Assembly (NCBI GenBank): GCA_009839485.1
Contig: VXPQ01000001.1
Coordinates: 34,711 to 98,710 of the forward strand
From: Bacteroidetes bacterium SB0662_bin_6
GTDB lineage: Bacteria; Bacteroidota; Rhodothermia; Rhodothermales; VXPQ01
Reading direction: 5' to 3'
DNA length: 64,000 nt
The position numbers and the translations under genes are program-made. The notes below the pieces were generated by a model. It searched no databases, had not been told where the DNA came from, and saw nothing but the letters and a program-made list of their open reading frames with translations. This document shows, in pieces, positions 16,152-27,400 of this stretch (positions are counted from its first letter, which is position 1; every line of letters starts with the position of its first letter).

Positions 16152-17894
16152 TTACGGACGAGGTTGGTTTCCCAAAACAATGGTTTCTACGGCATCCGAC
16201 CCTTCCACGATATGTACCTCGCTGCCAGCGGGCAAGTTCACATACCGCGCGGTCTCTCCGCCGGGCCAGCGCACCACAAGCGTATCCACTTGCGCAGCCT
16301 CTCCTAACCCGAACGTCAGCGCCTTGTCCGAAGAAGCAAGGTAACTCGAACCTGTCCGCACACGCCGCTGCATCCGTCGATCGCCTGCCACAGCCGTCAC
16401 ATGGGCGCCAAGGGCATCCCTGTTCCCGTGTACACCCTGCAAGCGCACGCGCAAAAAAGCGCCTCCCTGCGCCTCGTTACGCAAGAGGTGGACCGGCCCG
16501 GCATTCTCCGTAATCAGGACATCCTCATCGCCGTCCCGGTCATAATCGGCGATGGCCGCCGCACGGGCAATGATCGGTTCGGAGATCGGGTACTCGTATT
16601 CGGAAAAATGCCCATCCCCGGCATTCAGAAAAAGCTGCGGCTCCTGCCGATAAGACAATCCTTCCGCAGTGCCTTCCACATCCGGCGAAATATGCCCGTT
16701 CGCCAGAAAAATATCCATATCCCCATCCAGATCGGCATCGAAGAGGCACAGCCCGAAAGTAAGCGTGGGAAGCGACGGCAGCCCCACCTGAGACTGGGCT
16801 GCCCGGTCCAAAAAAAGACCCGGAGATATCTGACGGTATAAACCCGCCGGTTCGTTTGCAAAATGCCCGATAACGACCGACGGAGCACCCGTGTGATCCA
16901 GTATCCCGGCATCCACGCCCATGCCCGCGCGCGCCTGTCCCTCCTCGTCATACGCAATGCCGCTCGCCACTCCCTGCTCGACGAATGCGCCCGTCCCGTC
17001 GTTCATGTACAGCAAATCGCGCTGCGTATCGTTCGCCACCACCAGATCCGACCAGCCATCCTCATTGAAATCCCATTCGGTCACGCCCAATGTCTTGCCG
17101 GGAGCAGGCAGAAATCCGGCTTCGGCGGTACGATCGCTGAATTTGCCTCCCTCATTACGGTAAAAACGACCTGGAGTGCCTTCGTAAAGCTTTGGCGTGC
17201 AATAGGTTTTGTCTTCCCCGTTAATAGTGCACCACATGTCTTTTTCCGGGGACCACTCGACGTAATTCCCCACGTACAAATCGACATATCCGTCCCGATC
17301 GGCATCGAAAAAAATGGCCGCTGTACTCCACGCGGCATCGTCCGAAAGACCTGCAGCCTGTCCTGTCTCCGTAAACACGACACGCCCCCCGGGGGCCGCC
17401 TCCCGGTCGTTTCGAAGCAGCAGATTCCGCCCAACCGCGGTGAGGAAAATATCCGGATCGCCGTCGTTGTCGTAGTCGGCAATGGCGAGACCCATGCCGT
17501 AGGCTCGCAAACCGGCAAGGCCCGTTTCTTCCGTGACTTCCGTAAAATGCCCTCCTTCGTTCCGATACAGGCGGAGTGCAGGCAGCCCGGCATCGCCGCG
17601 ATCCGGCCATACGCCACCTGCAACCAGTACAATATCCTGCCAGCCGTCCCCGTCGTAATCCAGAAAACCTGCCCCGCCGCCCATTGTCTCGGGAAACCAC
17701 ATTTCGCCGAATGCGCCGGTAACATGCTGAAATGCCCCCAGCCCCGCTTCCTGCGTAACACGGGTAAACCGAAGCGCATCCGATGGAGACCCGGAAATAT
17801 CCGTTTGCCCATCAGGGGCCTCATTGTCCGTCCCGCACCCGCCCGTGGCGAGCATGCACGCGGCGAACAGCATCATACGGGAGCAAACGGTCAC
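16152..17894 (-). CDS. CRTAC1-family lipoprotein (FG-GAP/VCBS repeats plus ASPIC/UnbV C-domain)
   Basis: GTG start overlaps the upstream TGA (GTGA, 17891-17894). Lipobox LATGGC. Repeated DYDGDGWxD / DYDNDGDxD loops. C-terminal ..NRDALGAHVT..RVRTGSSYLASSD..FGLG..VRWPGG. Confidence 0.85.
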   Translation of the reverse strand: MTVCSRMMLFAACMLATGGCGTDNEAPDGQTDISGSPSDALRFTRVTQEAGLGAFQHVTGAFGEMWFPETMGGGAGFLDYDGDGWQDIVLVAGGVWPDRGDAGLPALRLYRNEGGHFTEVTEETGLAGLRAYGMGLAIADYDNDGDPDIFLTAVGRNLLLRNDREAAPGGRVVFTETGQAAGLSDDAAWSTAAIFFDADRDGYVDLYVGNYVEWSPEKDMWCTINGEDKTYCTPKLYEGTPGRFYRNEGGKFSDRTAEAGFLPAPGKTLGVTEWDFNEDGWSDLVVANDTQRDLLYMNDGTGAFVEQGVASGIAYDEEGQARAGMGVDAGILDHTGAPSVVIGHFANEPAGLYRQISPGLFLDRAAQSQVGLPSLPTLTFGLCLFDADLDGDMDIFLANGHISPDVEGTAEGLSYRQEPQLFLNAGDGHFSEYEYPISEPIIARAAAIADYDRDGDEDVLITENAGPVHLLRNEAQGGAFLRVRLQGVHGNRDALGAHVTAVAGDRRMQRRVRTGSSYLASSDKALTFGLGEAAQVDTLVVRWPGGETARYVNLPAGSEVHIVEGSDAVETIVLGNQPRP

Positions 17895-19135
17895 GGCGTA
17901 CGGTGCGGAGAAGGAAGTTGCGCCAGATAGTAGATGGCTTCCTCGTGGTCGGGGGCGTGTCGGAGCACCGTTTCCCAGGCTGTACGGGCTTCTTCGTAGT
18001 TCCCTGACAGTGCGTGGAGCGTACCCAGATTCAGCCAGACATCGGGTTGGGTGGGGGCGAGTTGCAACAGCGCTTCGTACCGCTCAAGCGCCATGGTGGT
18101 ATCCCCGGTCGCAAGATACAGATTGGCAACGTTATTGTGCAGTTCCAGCCAGCCCGGACGCAGGGAAATCGCTACCGTAAGCGCCTCGATAGCTTCTTCC
18201 ATACGACCCGATCGGTGCAATGACTCGCCGTATTGCACCCAGAGCAGGGGTTCCATACTATGGGTCTTGATCCGTTCCACCCACAACTCGACGTCCCGCT
18301 GGAGGGCAAGCAGCGTATCGGCGCGGGCAAGGTACTGCGCGCCCCGTTCCGTTTGCCCGAGGCCGTTCAGCGCCTGTCCGAGGTTATAATGCGCCGGATA
18401 GTGCCATGGAATCCCATCGGCCACGCGTGTCAGGATTTCTGCAGCAGCTTCGAGCTCTCCGTTGCGCAAATGCTGTACCCCATACACATAGGCATAGTTC
18501 AGATTGTCCGGATCCAGTGCAATGCCCTGTTCGGAGTACGAAAGGGCTTCTGTGAAGTCCCCTGCGTCTTCATAGAGTTGCCCAAGCCACATGTACGCCG
18601 TTGGATTGGAGGAATCCGCTGCAATGGCCCGCTCGTACGCCCAGCGGGCGCTGTCAGGCTTACCCGTGTCCGCATAGGCCCGCCCGAGCTGCGTCAGGTA
18701 ATCCGTCGTTTCCGCTACGCCGCGCTCCTTGCGGTAGAGCGCAAGGGCCTCTGCCGGTTCTCCGTACATATAGGCGCTATTTCCCCTATTGAACCACACG
18801 CCCGGATACTCCGGGTCCAGTTCGAGCGTCTTTTCATAGGCTTCGGTAGCCAGATCGAGCTGCCGGAGCGCCGTGAATATCCGGCCGCGCATGAATGGGA
18901 TATCGGCAAGGTCGGGTGCATAGCCGGCTGCACTGTCCGCCAGCACAAGCGCCGCGCTGTAATACCCTGTCTCGAATGCCTGCTGGGCGTCGAGCAGGAA
19001 TCCCACGGCTTTCGGGTCAGTGTCCCGGCGCACCAGTTCCGTCCGGGACGGGGCATCCGCCTCGGGGCCGCACCCTCCTGCCGTAAAGACAATGCAGAAT
19101 CCCAGGATTCCTGTCCATGTACTTGCGTTACGCAT
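17891..19135 (-). CDS. TPR-repeat lipoprotein
   Basis: MRNASTWTGILGFCIVFTAGGC contains a lipobox. TPR periodicity is present. ATG verified. Confidence 0.8.
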   Translation of the reverse strand: MRNASTWTGILGFCIVFTAGGCGPEADAPSRTELVRRDTDPKAVGFLLDAQQAFETGYYSAALVLADSAAGYAPDLADIPFMRGRIFTALRQLDLATEAYEKTLELDPEYPGVWFNRGNSAYMYGEPAEALALYRKERGVAETTDYLTQLGRAYADTGKPDSARWAYERAIAADSSNPTAYMWLGQLYEDAGDFTEALSYSEQGIALDPDNLNYAYVYGVQHLRNGELEAAAEILTRVADGIPWHYPAHYNLGQALNGLGQTERGAQYLARADTLLALQRDVELWVERIKTHSMEPLLWVQYGESLHRSGRMEEAIEALTVAISLRPGWLELHNNVANLYLATGDTTMALERYEALLQLAPTQPDVWLNLGTLHALSGNYEEARTAWETVLRHAPDHEEAIYYLAQLPSPHRTP

Positions 19136-19211
19136 GAGACTCCTTCGGAAAAATCAACCTGCCGCCCACCGGTCGTTGCATATCCAAACGCAGACGCTAC
19201 GGAGACGGTTG

Positions 19212-20954
19212 CTACGGGACCACAGGCAATGCAGTCCGGGACACGATGCCCTCGCCCTCAAGCAAATATACCTCATGACCGGCCTCCAGTCCGGTATAAC
19301 GCGCCATCCGACCATCCGGCCAACGCACTGTGAGCGTATCCACCTGATTCGCCGGCCCCAGGCCGAACGTCAGGGTCTTTTCCGATTGTGAGAGGTACCC
19401 GGAACCTGTCCGCACCCGGCGCATCTGCCGCACACCGCCCGCCGTGATCGTCACCTCGGCGCCCAGCGCGTCGCGGCTGCTCGTCCCATGCTCCGGACGC
19501 CCTTCGAGGCGTACGCGCAGCACATGGCCCCCACCGGACGAATCGTTGCGCAACAGGCGAACCGGGCCATTGTTCTCGGTCACCAGCAGGTCCACATCCC
19601 CATCCCGGTCATAGTCGGCCTTTGCCACAGCCCGGGCCACCATGGCTTCCCTGAATACGCCGCCAATGGAATCGGCCATATCCACCCACGTTCCGCCCCC
19701 CTCGTTTACAAACAGGTGCGGCGGCTGCCTGTATGCCGACCCATCGATCGGATCGAGGTACACATGCCCGTTCGCGACGTACAGATCAAGGTCGCCATCC
19801 AGTTCGGCGTCAAGGAGCAGCACCCCGAAAGCCAGCGTGGTCAGACTGGGCCTTCCGATACGGGACGCCGCTGCACGATCCGTAAACCACCCGCTCGCCG
19901 TACGCCGGTATACCCCGATCATTTCACTGGAAAAATTACCCACGAAAACCGATGGCATGCCTGTCGTATCCACGATCCCGATGTCCACACCCATCCCGGC
20001 GCGGGCTTCCCCGTGTTCCCCATACGCAATACCACTGGAAACCCCTTGCTCGGTGAAAGCGCCGCGACCGTCGTTGATATACAACAGGTCCGGCTCCCCG
20101 TCGTTCACCACCACCAGATCAGACCAGCCGTCCTCGTTAAAATCCCATTCGGCAACGGCCAGCGACTTGCCGGGATTAATCGACAAACCGCTTTCGTTCG
20201 TACGCTCGGTGAACGTACCGTCTCCGTTGTTACGGTAAAAATGACTCTGCGCGCCCGGGTACATGGCGGGACGACAATAATCCGGTCGTCCGTCCGCCCG
20301 AAAACATTCCATGTCACTGGAAACCGACCACAAGGCATACCCGGGCACATAGAGGTCGAGATGCCCGTCCCGGTCGGCGTCAAAAAAGAGCGGCGAACTG
20401 CGCCATCCGGCGGGACCCGCCACGCCTGCGGTACGCCCTGTCTCCGTAAAAAAACGCGCGCCCGACGGACCGGAATCATTGCGGAAAAGCAGATTCTCTC
20501 CGAAGGTCGCAAGAAAAATATCCTGATCGCCGTCGTTGTCGTAGTCGGCAGCGGTTACCCCGGTTCCCCAGGCGCGGGCATCGTCCAGCCCCGTTTCGAG
20601 AGTAACGTCCGTAAACGTCCCGTCCTGATTGTTTCGAAAAAGGCGCAGGGCGCGCACATCCGCCGGTCCCGTCGGCGACAAACTGCCCCCGCCCACCAAT
20701 ACGATGTCTTCCCAGCCGTCCCCGTCGTAATCCACAAAACCGCCCCCGGCGCCCATCTGTTCGGGAAACCAGAAACGGTCTTCGCTTCCATTCTCGTGCC
20801 GGAAATCGCCCAGACCGGCCTCCGGCGCTACGTTATGAAATGCAATGGGCTGAAGCTCCTCGGGCGGATTTCCCTGCTCATTGCCCCCGCACCCGCCCGC
20901 AAAGGTCACGGCAACGGCGACAAGCGCTCCAACAGCAGCATTGTGCAAATGCAT
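19212..20954 (-). CDS. CRTAC1-family lipoprotein (FG-GAP/VCBS plus ASPIC/UnbV)
   Basis: Internal ATG at 20954 gives MHLHNAAVGALVAVAVTFAGGC. Same repeat and C-domain pattern as 16152-17894. Confidence 0.85.
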   Translation of the reverse strand: MHLHNAAVGALVAVAVTFAGGCGGNEQGNPPEELQPIAFHNVAPEAGLGDFRHENGSEDRFWFPEQMGAGGGFVDYDGDGWEDIVLVGGGSLSPTGPADVRALRLFRNNQDGTFTDVTLETGLDDARAWGTGVTAADYDNDGDQDIFLATFGENLLFRNDSGPSGARFFTETGRTAGVAGPAGWRSSPLFFDADRDGHLDLYVPGYALWSVSSDMECFRADGRPDYCRPAMYPGAQSHFYRNNGDGTFTERTNESGLSINPGKSLAVAEWDFNEDGWSDLVVVNDGEPDLLYINDGRGAFTEQGVSSGIAYGEHGEARAGMGVDIGIVDTTGMPSVFVGNFSSEMIGVYRRTASGWFTDRAAASRIGRPSLTTLAFGVLLLDAELDGDLDLYVANGHVYLDPIDGSAYRQPPHLFVNEGGGTWVDMADSIGGVFREAMVARAVAKADYDRDGDVDLLVTENNGPVRLLRNDSSGGGHVLRVRLEGRPEHGTSSRDALGAEVTITAGGVRQMRRVRTGSGYLSQSEKTLTFGLGPANQVDTLTVRWPDGRMARYTGLEAGHEVYLLEGEGIVSRTALPVVP

Positions 20955-21014
20955 TCTTCGGGAAACGCTCAGCCACCAGCCAACAGCAACGCAAATGCAC
21001 AAGATGCAATGCGC

Positions 21015-22052
21015 TTAGAAGGACAGACTAACTCCCATGCGATGGACGGCGCCAAAAATCCCGAACTCCGTGAAGGCATAGTCTGCAGCGAAACCTATAG
21101 CCGATGTATCGTACTTCAGACCGCCCCCAAAGCTGACGCCCTGCTCATCCGTCGGATACGTATATCCCGCGCGCAGAGATACGATGTTCATAAACGTGTA
21201 CTCTCCGCCCGCCTTGACTTGCTCCGAAAAGTCACGCGGACGCTCCGCTTCCAGCGAAACCCGCAAGGCATGCACATTCGGATCCATGGAGGTCAGATCG
21301 AGCATGTTCATGGAGACGCCCACGTTAAAGGTGAGCGGAAGCTCGAAGTTTTCCTGCACGTAGCGCAACTCCCGCGCGAAGTTCCGAACGCTCATGGCAA
21401 GATTCAGGCTGCGGAAACCGGTCCTGTACATCAAGCCGAAGTCGAATGCCACCGTAGACGTGGAATTGGCTTCGGTCGTGCCGTCCGACGATACAACCGC
21501 ATCGGACAGGTCCTGCAAGACGTACTTGGCGTTGCCGCCGACGCTGAACCGGTCCGTTACGCCGACCCCATACCCGAGGCCGATCGCCATGGCGGAAGGC
21601 TCGGGGTTGCTCAGGCCCAGGTCACCGTATTCCAGGTATCCCCTCTCGTTGGTCGCCGCGATGGTGCCGATGATACCCCCCCCGTAATCGGCAAACAGGA
21701 GCGAAGCCCCGAACACCCCGTAATTCGTACGAATGGCGGCACTCGCGCTGTTGTAGGTCACATCCGCAATCCAGTTCGTAATCCCGAAGCCCGCACTGAA
21801 CCGGTTTTCCATCCAGCCCATTGCCGCCGGGTTATAGAACATGGCTGCCGACGAATTGAATTCGTTGGCGGTCATGGCGTCGCTCTGCGCCGCCGCGCGC
21901 GGATGAACAGATATCTCGAGGAACTTGAAGTTCGTCTGCGCAAGCTTGTCCGTGCCGACATCTTCCGTCGTGATCTGTGCGAACGTTCCGGACGCGGTAA
22001 ACACGGCAAGCGCCGCAATGGCGATCAGGGTTGTGTAGCGGTGATAAGTCAT
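21015..22052 (-). CDS. PorV/PorQ-family outer-membrane beta-barrel
   Basis: ATG at 22052 preceded by AAGGA. Signal peptide MTYHRYTTLIAIAALAVFTASGTFA. N-terminal signature ..KFLEISVHPRAAAQSDAM..AAMFYNPAAM.. present. Alternating barrel pattern, ends ..GVSLSF. Confidence 0.7.
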   Translation of the reverse strand: MTYHRYTTLIAIAALAVFTASGTFAQITTEDVGTDKLAQTNFKFLEISVHPRAAAQSDAMTANEFNSSAAMFYNPAAMGWMENRFSAGFGITNWIADVTYNSASAAIRTNYGVFGASLLFADYGGGIIGTIAATNERGYLEYGDLGLSNPEPSAMAIGLGYGVGVTDRFSVGGNAKYVLQDLSDAVVSSDGTTEANSTSTVAFDFGLMYRTGFRSLNLAMSVRNFARELRYVQENFELPLTFNVGVSMNMLDLTSMDPNVHALRVSLEAERPRDFSEQVKAGGEYTFMNIVSLRAGYTYPTDEQGVSFGGGLKYDTSAIGFAADYAFTEFGIFGAVHRMGVSLSF

Positions 22053-22136
22053 TGCATCCTTTTTGGTTAAGGCTCCTGAGAGCACCCCCGGCAACCGCCG
22101 CAAAGGGCAGCGGCCGGGGAGCGCTTCGTGGCGTGT

Positions 22137-24383
22137 CTACCGAATGACGATAAATTTCTGGATTGTCTGCTCGTCCGAGGCCAGATCGGTAACCACGGCA
22201 ATGTAAATGCCGCTTGCCACCACCTGCCGCGAAGAAGTCGTCAGATCCCAGAACTCGTCGCCGCTTCCGTCAAGGTGATCGATCGTCCGAATCAACTCGC
22301 CCAACTCGGAAAATATCTGGATGCGCGCTTCGCCCGGAAGCTCGTAAAAAGCCATCCGATCCTGCACATCGAGACGCACAGCGGGGTCGGCGTCGATATG
22401 ATAAGGATTCGGCACGATGCGCACCTCGCTCAGCGACTGTCCGGGTGGACGCTTCAGCGTCGCCGGGTTGTAGGTTTGCGCATAATAGCGGCTGGTCCTC
22501 GAGCCGTCGCTTCCTATCCCTGTCAGGTAATAGTAGTACGAACCGCCACGGACCACCTCGGTGTCCCGGTAGCTCGTTGCATTGCCCGGCAGTTCCGCAG
22601 CGAGCGAATAGTCGCGCGCCATGTCCGGAACGCCCACTCCGCCGGGGCCCTCCTCAAGCACCGAAACAATCCCGGAATAGTGCTTCTGCGCCCGCCACAC
22701 CTGCCACGCAGCCGGGGTCGACGAAGCAGTCCAGTCCAGAACGATTTCATCCGTACCGGACGTCACGATAAACGACGTGGGCGGCGCCGGCGGATGCGGC
22801 GCATTCAGGCCTCCATTGTACGTGTTCATGGCTCGCTGGAACGTATCGAACAACGAATCGCGCGCCGTCATAAACCACTCGTTCTTTGTCATCGCCTCGC
22901 CGCTGTCGATCATGCCGTTGCCGTTCGCGTCGAACTCGATGACAAGATTGTTATCGCCGTCCCGGGGCGGGTTTCCATGCATATCCCCGGAGAGCTTGTA
23001 CGTCCGACCGATATGCCAGGCCGCCTCGTCGCTAAGCCCTGCGGCTGCTTCCGCCACGACGATCTTCACCTCCTCGCCATGGGCAATGTCGTACGGTCCG
23101 TACGCAAACGCAAAGCCCCAGCCTCCTGCGCCTGCACCGTGCTCGGGATCGCCCGTCTGATTCGCGAAATCGGGGTTGGTGTCGTACGGAGAATCAGCCG
23201 TCAGGCCCATCACAAAACCCGCCTGGGTCGGCCAGGAACGCCCCGTACAGTCGGCGTCCCCGGGCCGGGCAATGCCACCTGTCGGAGCCGAGGTGGAACC
23301 GCATGTGAACCAGTCGTATTGTTCCAGCATGAGGTCCCGTTTGTTGTGCGTGGGCTCACTGGTTAACCTGCCGTAATCGGAATTGAGATGCGTCATCATG
23401 GAAGGTTGCGCCCGATCGTCGGGACGGCTTTCTCCCGGAGCATGAGCCTCCGTATCCGCATGGATCGTCACCACGCCCGTGAAATTGGCGCTGCCGAGCC
23501 GCCCAAGGGTATCCGCCGCAAAACCCCATTGATGGTCGCTCCAGAACGGATTTCCGAGCGTATTCACGAGGTACCCGGTCGCCTGGATATTCCCGAGCCA
23601 CGCGAACGAAGCGCGCATGTCCACGCCGTAATCGTTCAGCCCGTCGCCAATGGCGTCGTTCATGGTGTACCGTCCCCAGCCCACGCCGCCTGAACTATTC
23701 CCCCATGCACCCGCGAACCCGGCGCCCGTAGGACGTTCGAGGAACGCAATGTACACGCCTTCCAGATCGTTCTCTACTTCGATCTCGGGGTCTCCGTCCT
23801 GATTCCCCGTATTGACGAAGGTGTACTCGATAATATGGTAGTTATCGTGATCCGCATGGCTCCACTGCATGGCGCGCCGGTGCGTGGTTAACCCGATGGA
23901 GGAATTGATTTCCGAAACCACCATACGGTCCGGACCCATGCTCGGATCGATCACGTCCGGAACCACCGGCTGAAGGAAGGTGTCCGCTCCGTCTACCTGC
24001 ACCATTCCCCCTTCGTATTTGGAATACAGCACATGCGATATGCTGAACATCTCGCCGATTCCAGGGGCACGGGGGCCCGTGTGCGAAACGCGGACATCAT
24101 ACTGGTTCCCGGTTTCTCCATGGGTCACGTTTTTTGCGCCAACCCAGAACCCTTTCCAGCGGCTGTACCCTGAAGAGGGGCGGATGGCCGGATAGTTCCA
24201 GACCACATCGCTCCGCTCGGGGTTTGCACCGCCGGACAGGTACCAACTCTGGAAATCGCCTACGCTAAGCCATTTCGGAATCCACTGAGCCTTTGCGTCC
24301 TCTACCGGCGCAACGAACATCAGGGCCAGCGCCAGCCCGGCTGCGATAAGTCCCGACGTACGGGTGTAATGAACGGTTCGCAT
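22137..24383 (-). CDS. secreted 748-aa protein: unknown N-domain, EF-hand-like loop, FN3-like domain, T9SS type-A C-terminal sorting domain
   Basis: SPase-I type signal ..VEDAKA/QW, no lipobox. DANGNGMIDSGE loop. PPAPPTSFIV..WQVWR..YYYYL is FN3-like. C-terminus ..ARIQIFSELGELIRTIDH..WDLTTSSRQVVASGIYIAVVTD..KFIVIR. Confidence 0.7.
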   Translation of the reverse strand: MRTVHYTRTSGLIAAGLALALMFVAPVEDAKAQWIPKWLSVGDFQSWYLSGGANPERSDVVWNYPAIRPSSGYSRWKGFWVGAKNVTHGETGNQYDVRVSHTGPRAPGIGEMFSISHVLYSKYEGGMVQVDGADTFLQPVVPDVIDPSMGPDRMVVSEINSSIGLTTHRRAMQWSHADHDNYHIIEYTFVNTGNQDGDPEIEVENDLEGVYIAFLERPTGAGFAGAWGNSSGGVGWGRYTMNDAIGDGLNDYGVDMRASFAWLGNIQATGYLVNTLGNPFWSDHQWGFAADTLGRLGSANFTGVVTIHADTEAHAPGESRPDDRAQPSMMTHLNSDYGRLTSEPTHNKRDLMLEQYDWFTCGSTSAPTGGIARPGDADCTGRSWPTQAGFVMGLTADSPYDTNPDFANQTGDPEHGAGAGGWGFAFAYGPYDIAHGEEVKIVVAEAAAGLSDEAAWHIGRTYKLSGDMHGNPPRDGDNNLVIEFDANGNGMIDSGEAMTKNEWFMTARDSLFDTFQRAMNTYNGGLNAPHPPAPPTSFIVTSGTDEIVLDWTASSTPAAWQVWRAQKHYSGIVSVLEEGPGGVGVPDMARDYSLAAELPGNATSYRDTEVVRGGSYYYYLTGIGSDGSRTSRYYAQTYNPATLKRPPGQSLSEVRIVPNPYHIDADPAVRLDVQDRMAFYELPGEARIQIFSELGELIRTIDHLDGSGDEFWDLTTSSRQVVASGIYIAVVTDLASDEQTIQKFIVIR

Positions 24384-24436
24384 GGTGTATCTCGGATTCA
24401 GAATGTCAAAAGGGAGTCGTCAGCAACGTAATCGGT

Positions 24437-27400
24437 TCAGAAGGACAGCCGCAGCCCGAAGAAGACGTTGCGCGGATTCAGGAACTGCTGCCACATCCGG
24501 TTCGGCATGTTGATGTATGCCTTGTCGTCCAGCACCTGATCCACCTCGGACTGGTTTGCAGCCGTAAAGGAACTTCCGTTCCACTTGTAGTACTGCCGGT
24601 CGTCAAGCACATAGTAGAGCGGCCTGTCTTCGCCGGTCTCGGGCAACGGCCCCTGAATGATCGGCACAAACGCTATGCCCGGCCCGCGGAAGTCACCCGG
24701 CTGATCGTCGCCGTACAAACCGCCGTCGGGGGAATCGGGAAGCGTACTCTGCGGCAAGTGGAGCGACGACATGTAATTGGTCAGGTCCTGCTGACCCGCC
24801 CCGAACAGATTGCCCCCTGCATAATACAGATGGCGAATGTTCAGCACGTTCGTAAGGTCCACGAAGAACTGCGCGGACCCGATGTTCGTGTTGAAGCTCT
24901 TGCTGAGGCGCATGTCGAGCGTGTAGTAATCCTTCCAGCGCACATTCCCCTGAAGCTCGCGATCGCCGCTTCCCGCTGCGCCGGACAGATTCTGGCCATC
25001 CCACGTAAGGGTAAGGCCCTGCCTCCATTCGCCGAGGAAGTTCACGCGCCAGTCGCCGAGCGGATAAGCGCCTCCGATCTGGGGGCCCATGTTCCTCGGA
25101 AGGAGAACCTCGATATTGAACCGGGCGAAGGGCTCCGGAACCGGCTTGCTCGTATAATGCTCCGTCGTGGTTCGGACAAAGTTGTCCTGTTCCGTCCGGT
25201 TTTCGTCGAACCGGCTGAACCCGAAGTTACCCGTCTTGCGCACAAGGTACGTGTAGTTGACGAACCCGCGCACCCACTGGCCCCGGTTTCTTGAAATCGT
25301 GACTTCGAAACCGCGCACATCCCCGTAGTTCCATGGCAGAGACGTTCTGTAGCTGACAAGGTCATCAAGGCTGATATACTGCACACCCCTCGGCTGCCTG
25401 CTCAGATCGCGATAATACCCGGACAAGCGGAGCAGGTACTGATCGAACAGATTCTGGTCGAAGCCCAGTTCGTACGCCACCGTCCTCGGCATCGGGTGAT
25501 CGGGGTTGCCGATGTTCACGAGCGCACCAGCGGACCCTTCCTCGATGTTGAAGAGATTGATCGGGTTCAGAGCATTCCGGAAATGACCGTAGTTGAAGTA
25601 CAACTTACTGTCCTCGGTCACGGGGAAAGAAATACCCAGGCGGGGGCTCAAGGCTATCTGACGCTTTGTGGGCTCCTGTTCAAGCAGTTCGTCGATACGG
25701 GCTCGCCCGATCGCCGCGGAGAAGGTGCGCTCGTACGTTTCGTACGTATACCAATCGCCGCCCGCATGGAAATAATCCAGCCGTACGCCTACATTGGCGA
25801 CCATGCCCCGGAATTCAAGTTTGGACTGGGCATAGGCCGCGGCCTGTTGCGGCTTGCGGTTCCAGAGCCGCTTGGGATTCGTGTGGTGCGGATGTTCCGG
25901 ATCGTCCTCGCCGAAATCCGTATCGTAGTCCGAGTAGATATACTCAACGCCCGCCTTGGCAAGCATGAAACGATTCCGCTGGCTGGTAATGTCGAACCGG
26001 CCCGTGAAACGGTTTACCGCCGAGCTGTCGTACCCGCTGCCCCAGTGGCCCGAGGTACGTTTGCCAAGACCCAGTTTGTCGAAATCGTCGCTGATGCTGA
26101 ACCCATAGGGTTCCTCGTCGAGCATGATGGCGCCGCCGAGATAGGAAATGCTCGGCGTTTCGTCGCGGTCACGCACCGTTCTCGTAAAGTAATCCGTCGT
26201 GGAATTCTGGAGCTGCACCTCGTAGAAGGTCGACGCATTCAGCGTATGCGTGAACTGCGCGCCGATCATGGTGCGGTCCACATCCATGAGATTGTACAGC
26301 ATGGGCGCAAAGTAGGCGCCCATGTCATGGCCCAGGCCGAACATCGTCTGATGGCCGCCCTGCCACGGATAATACAACGCGTCCCCGGTCGTCAGATTGG
26401 GTTGTCCCTGTTCGTTGCGGTTGAGACCGAGCTGCTGGGACAGCATACCCTGCACGATCAGTTTCATGCCGGGCGCCACATTCGAAATGATCTTCGCTTG
26501 TCCCACGCGCTCCGTAAAGGCATCCCGTTCGTAGCCTCCCATCGCGTACCCCGTCTGGACCTGGCGGAACGACGCCGTAAACCGCATATCGCCGATAAGC
26601 TGGTGAAGCCCCGGTAACGGGCCGCCAATCGTAGCGTCAAATTCGTAGTCGGGTTTCTGGACCGACACATCCTTGCGCAGGTAATGGTCAAAATAGACCC
26701 GCTGGAGTTCCTGCGCAGTAAACGTTCTCCCCAGGGCCATGACTTCGGGACGGTTATTGTAATCCGCGGCAATCTTGTTCCATCCCCCCTCGAAAGAATC
26801 GTACTCGCGCTGCATCCAGGAAGGCCAGTTCTGCGTGCCTTCGAACGCCACGACCGGATCCGTCAGCGGGCGGAGATGGAAGCTGTTATTGGAACTGACC
26901 ATCTCGACTTCGTTCCCGTCCACGTCCACGCCCGGGAAGTTCTTCTGCGCGGTGGGACTGTATCGTACAATCGCATCCACAAAGTACTCGTTCTGGTCGG
27001 GCTCCTTCGTGATAACATTGACCAGACCGGAACGCACATTCCCGTACTCCGCATTGAAACCGCCCGTCTGCACCTGCACTTCCTGAACGGAAGTGTAACT
27101 CACGCCCGTATACGGCGTGTTGTCGCGCCCGCTGGACATCGACAGGCCGTCCACCATGAACTGAACCTGGTCGCCGCCGAAGCCGCGCACGGTAAGACCG
27201 CGCTCGAAGCCGGCCTGCAATCCGATGACCCTTTCTATGTCGGTAATCGGGAGGTTCTCGATTTCTTCGGCCGTAATGTTCGCCACACTGGCCGACACGT
27301 CGCGTTGCACGACGGGCCGCACATCCGTAACGACCACCTCTTCAAGGCCTACTGCTTCCTCCTGCAGAACAAAGTCGAGCTCGGTCGTCAGGCCGATATT

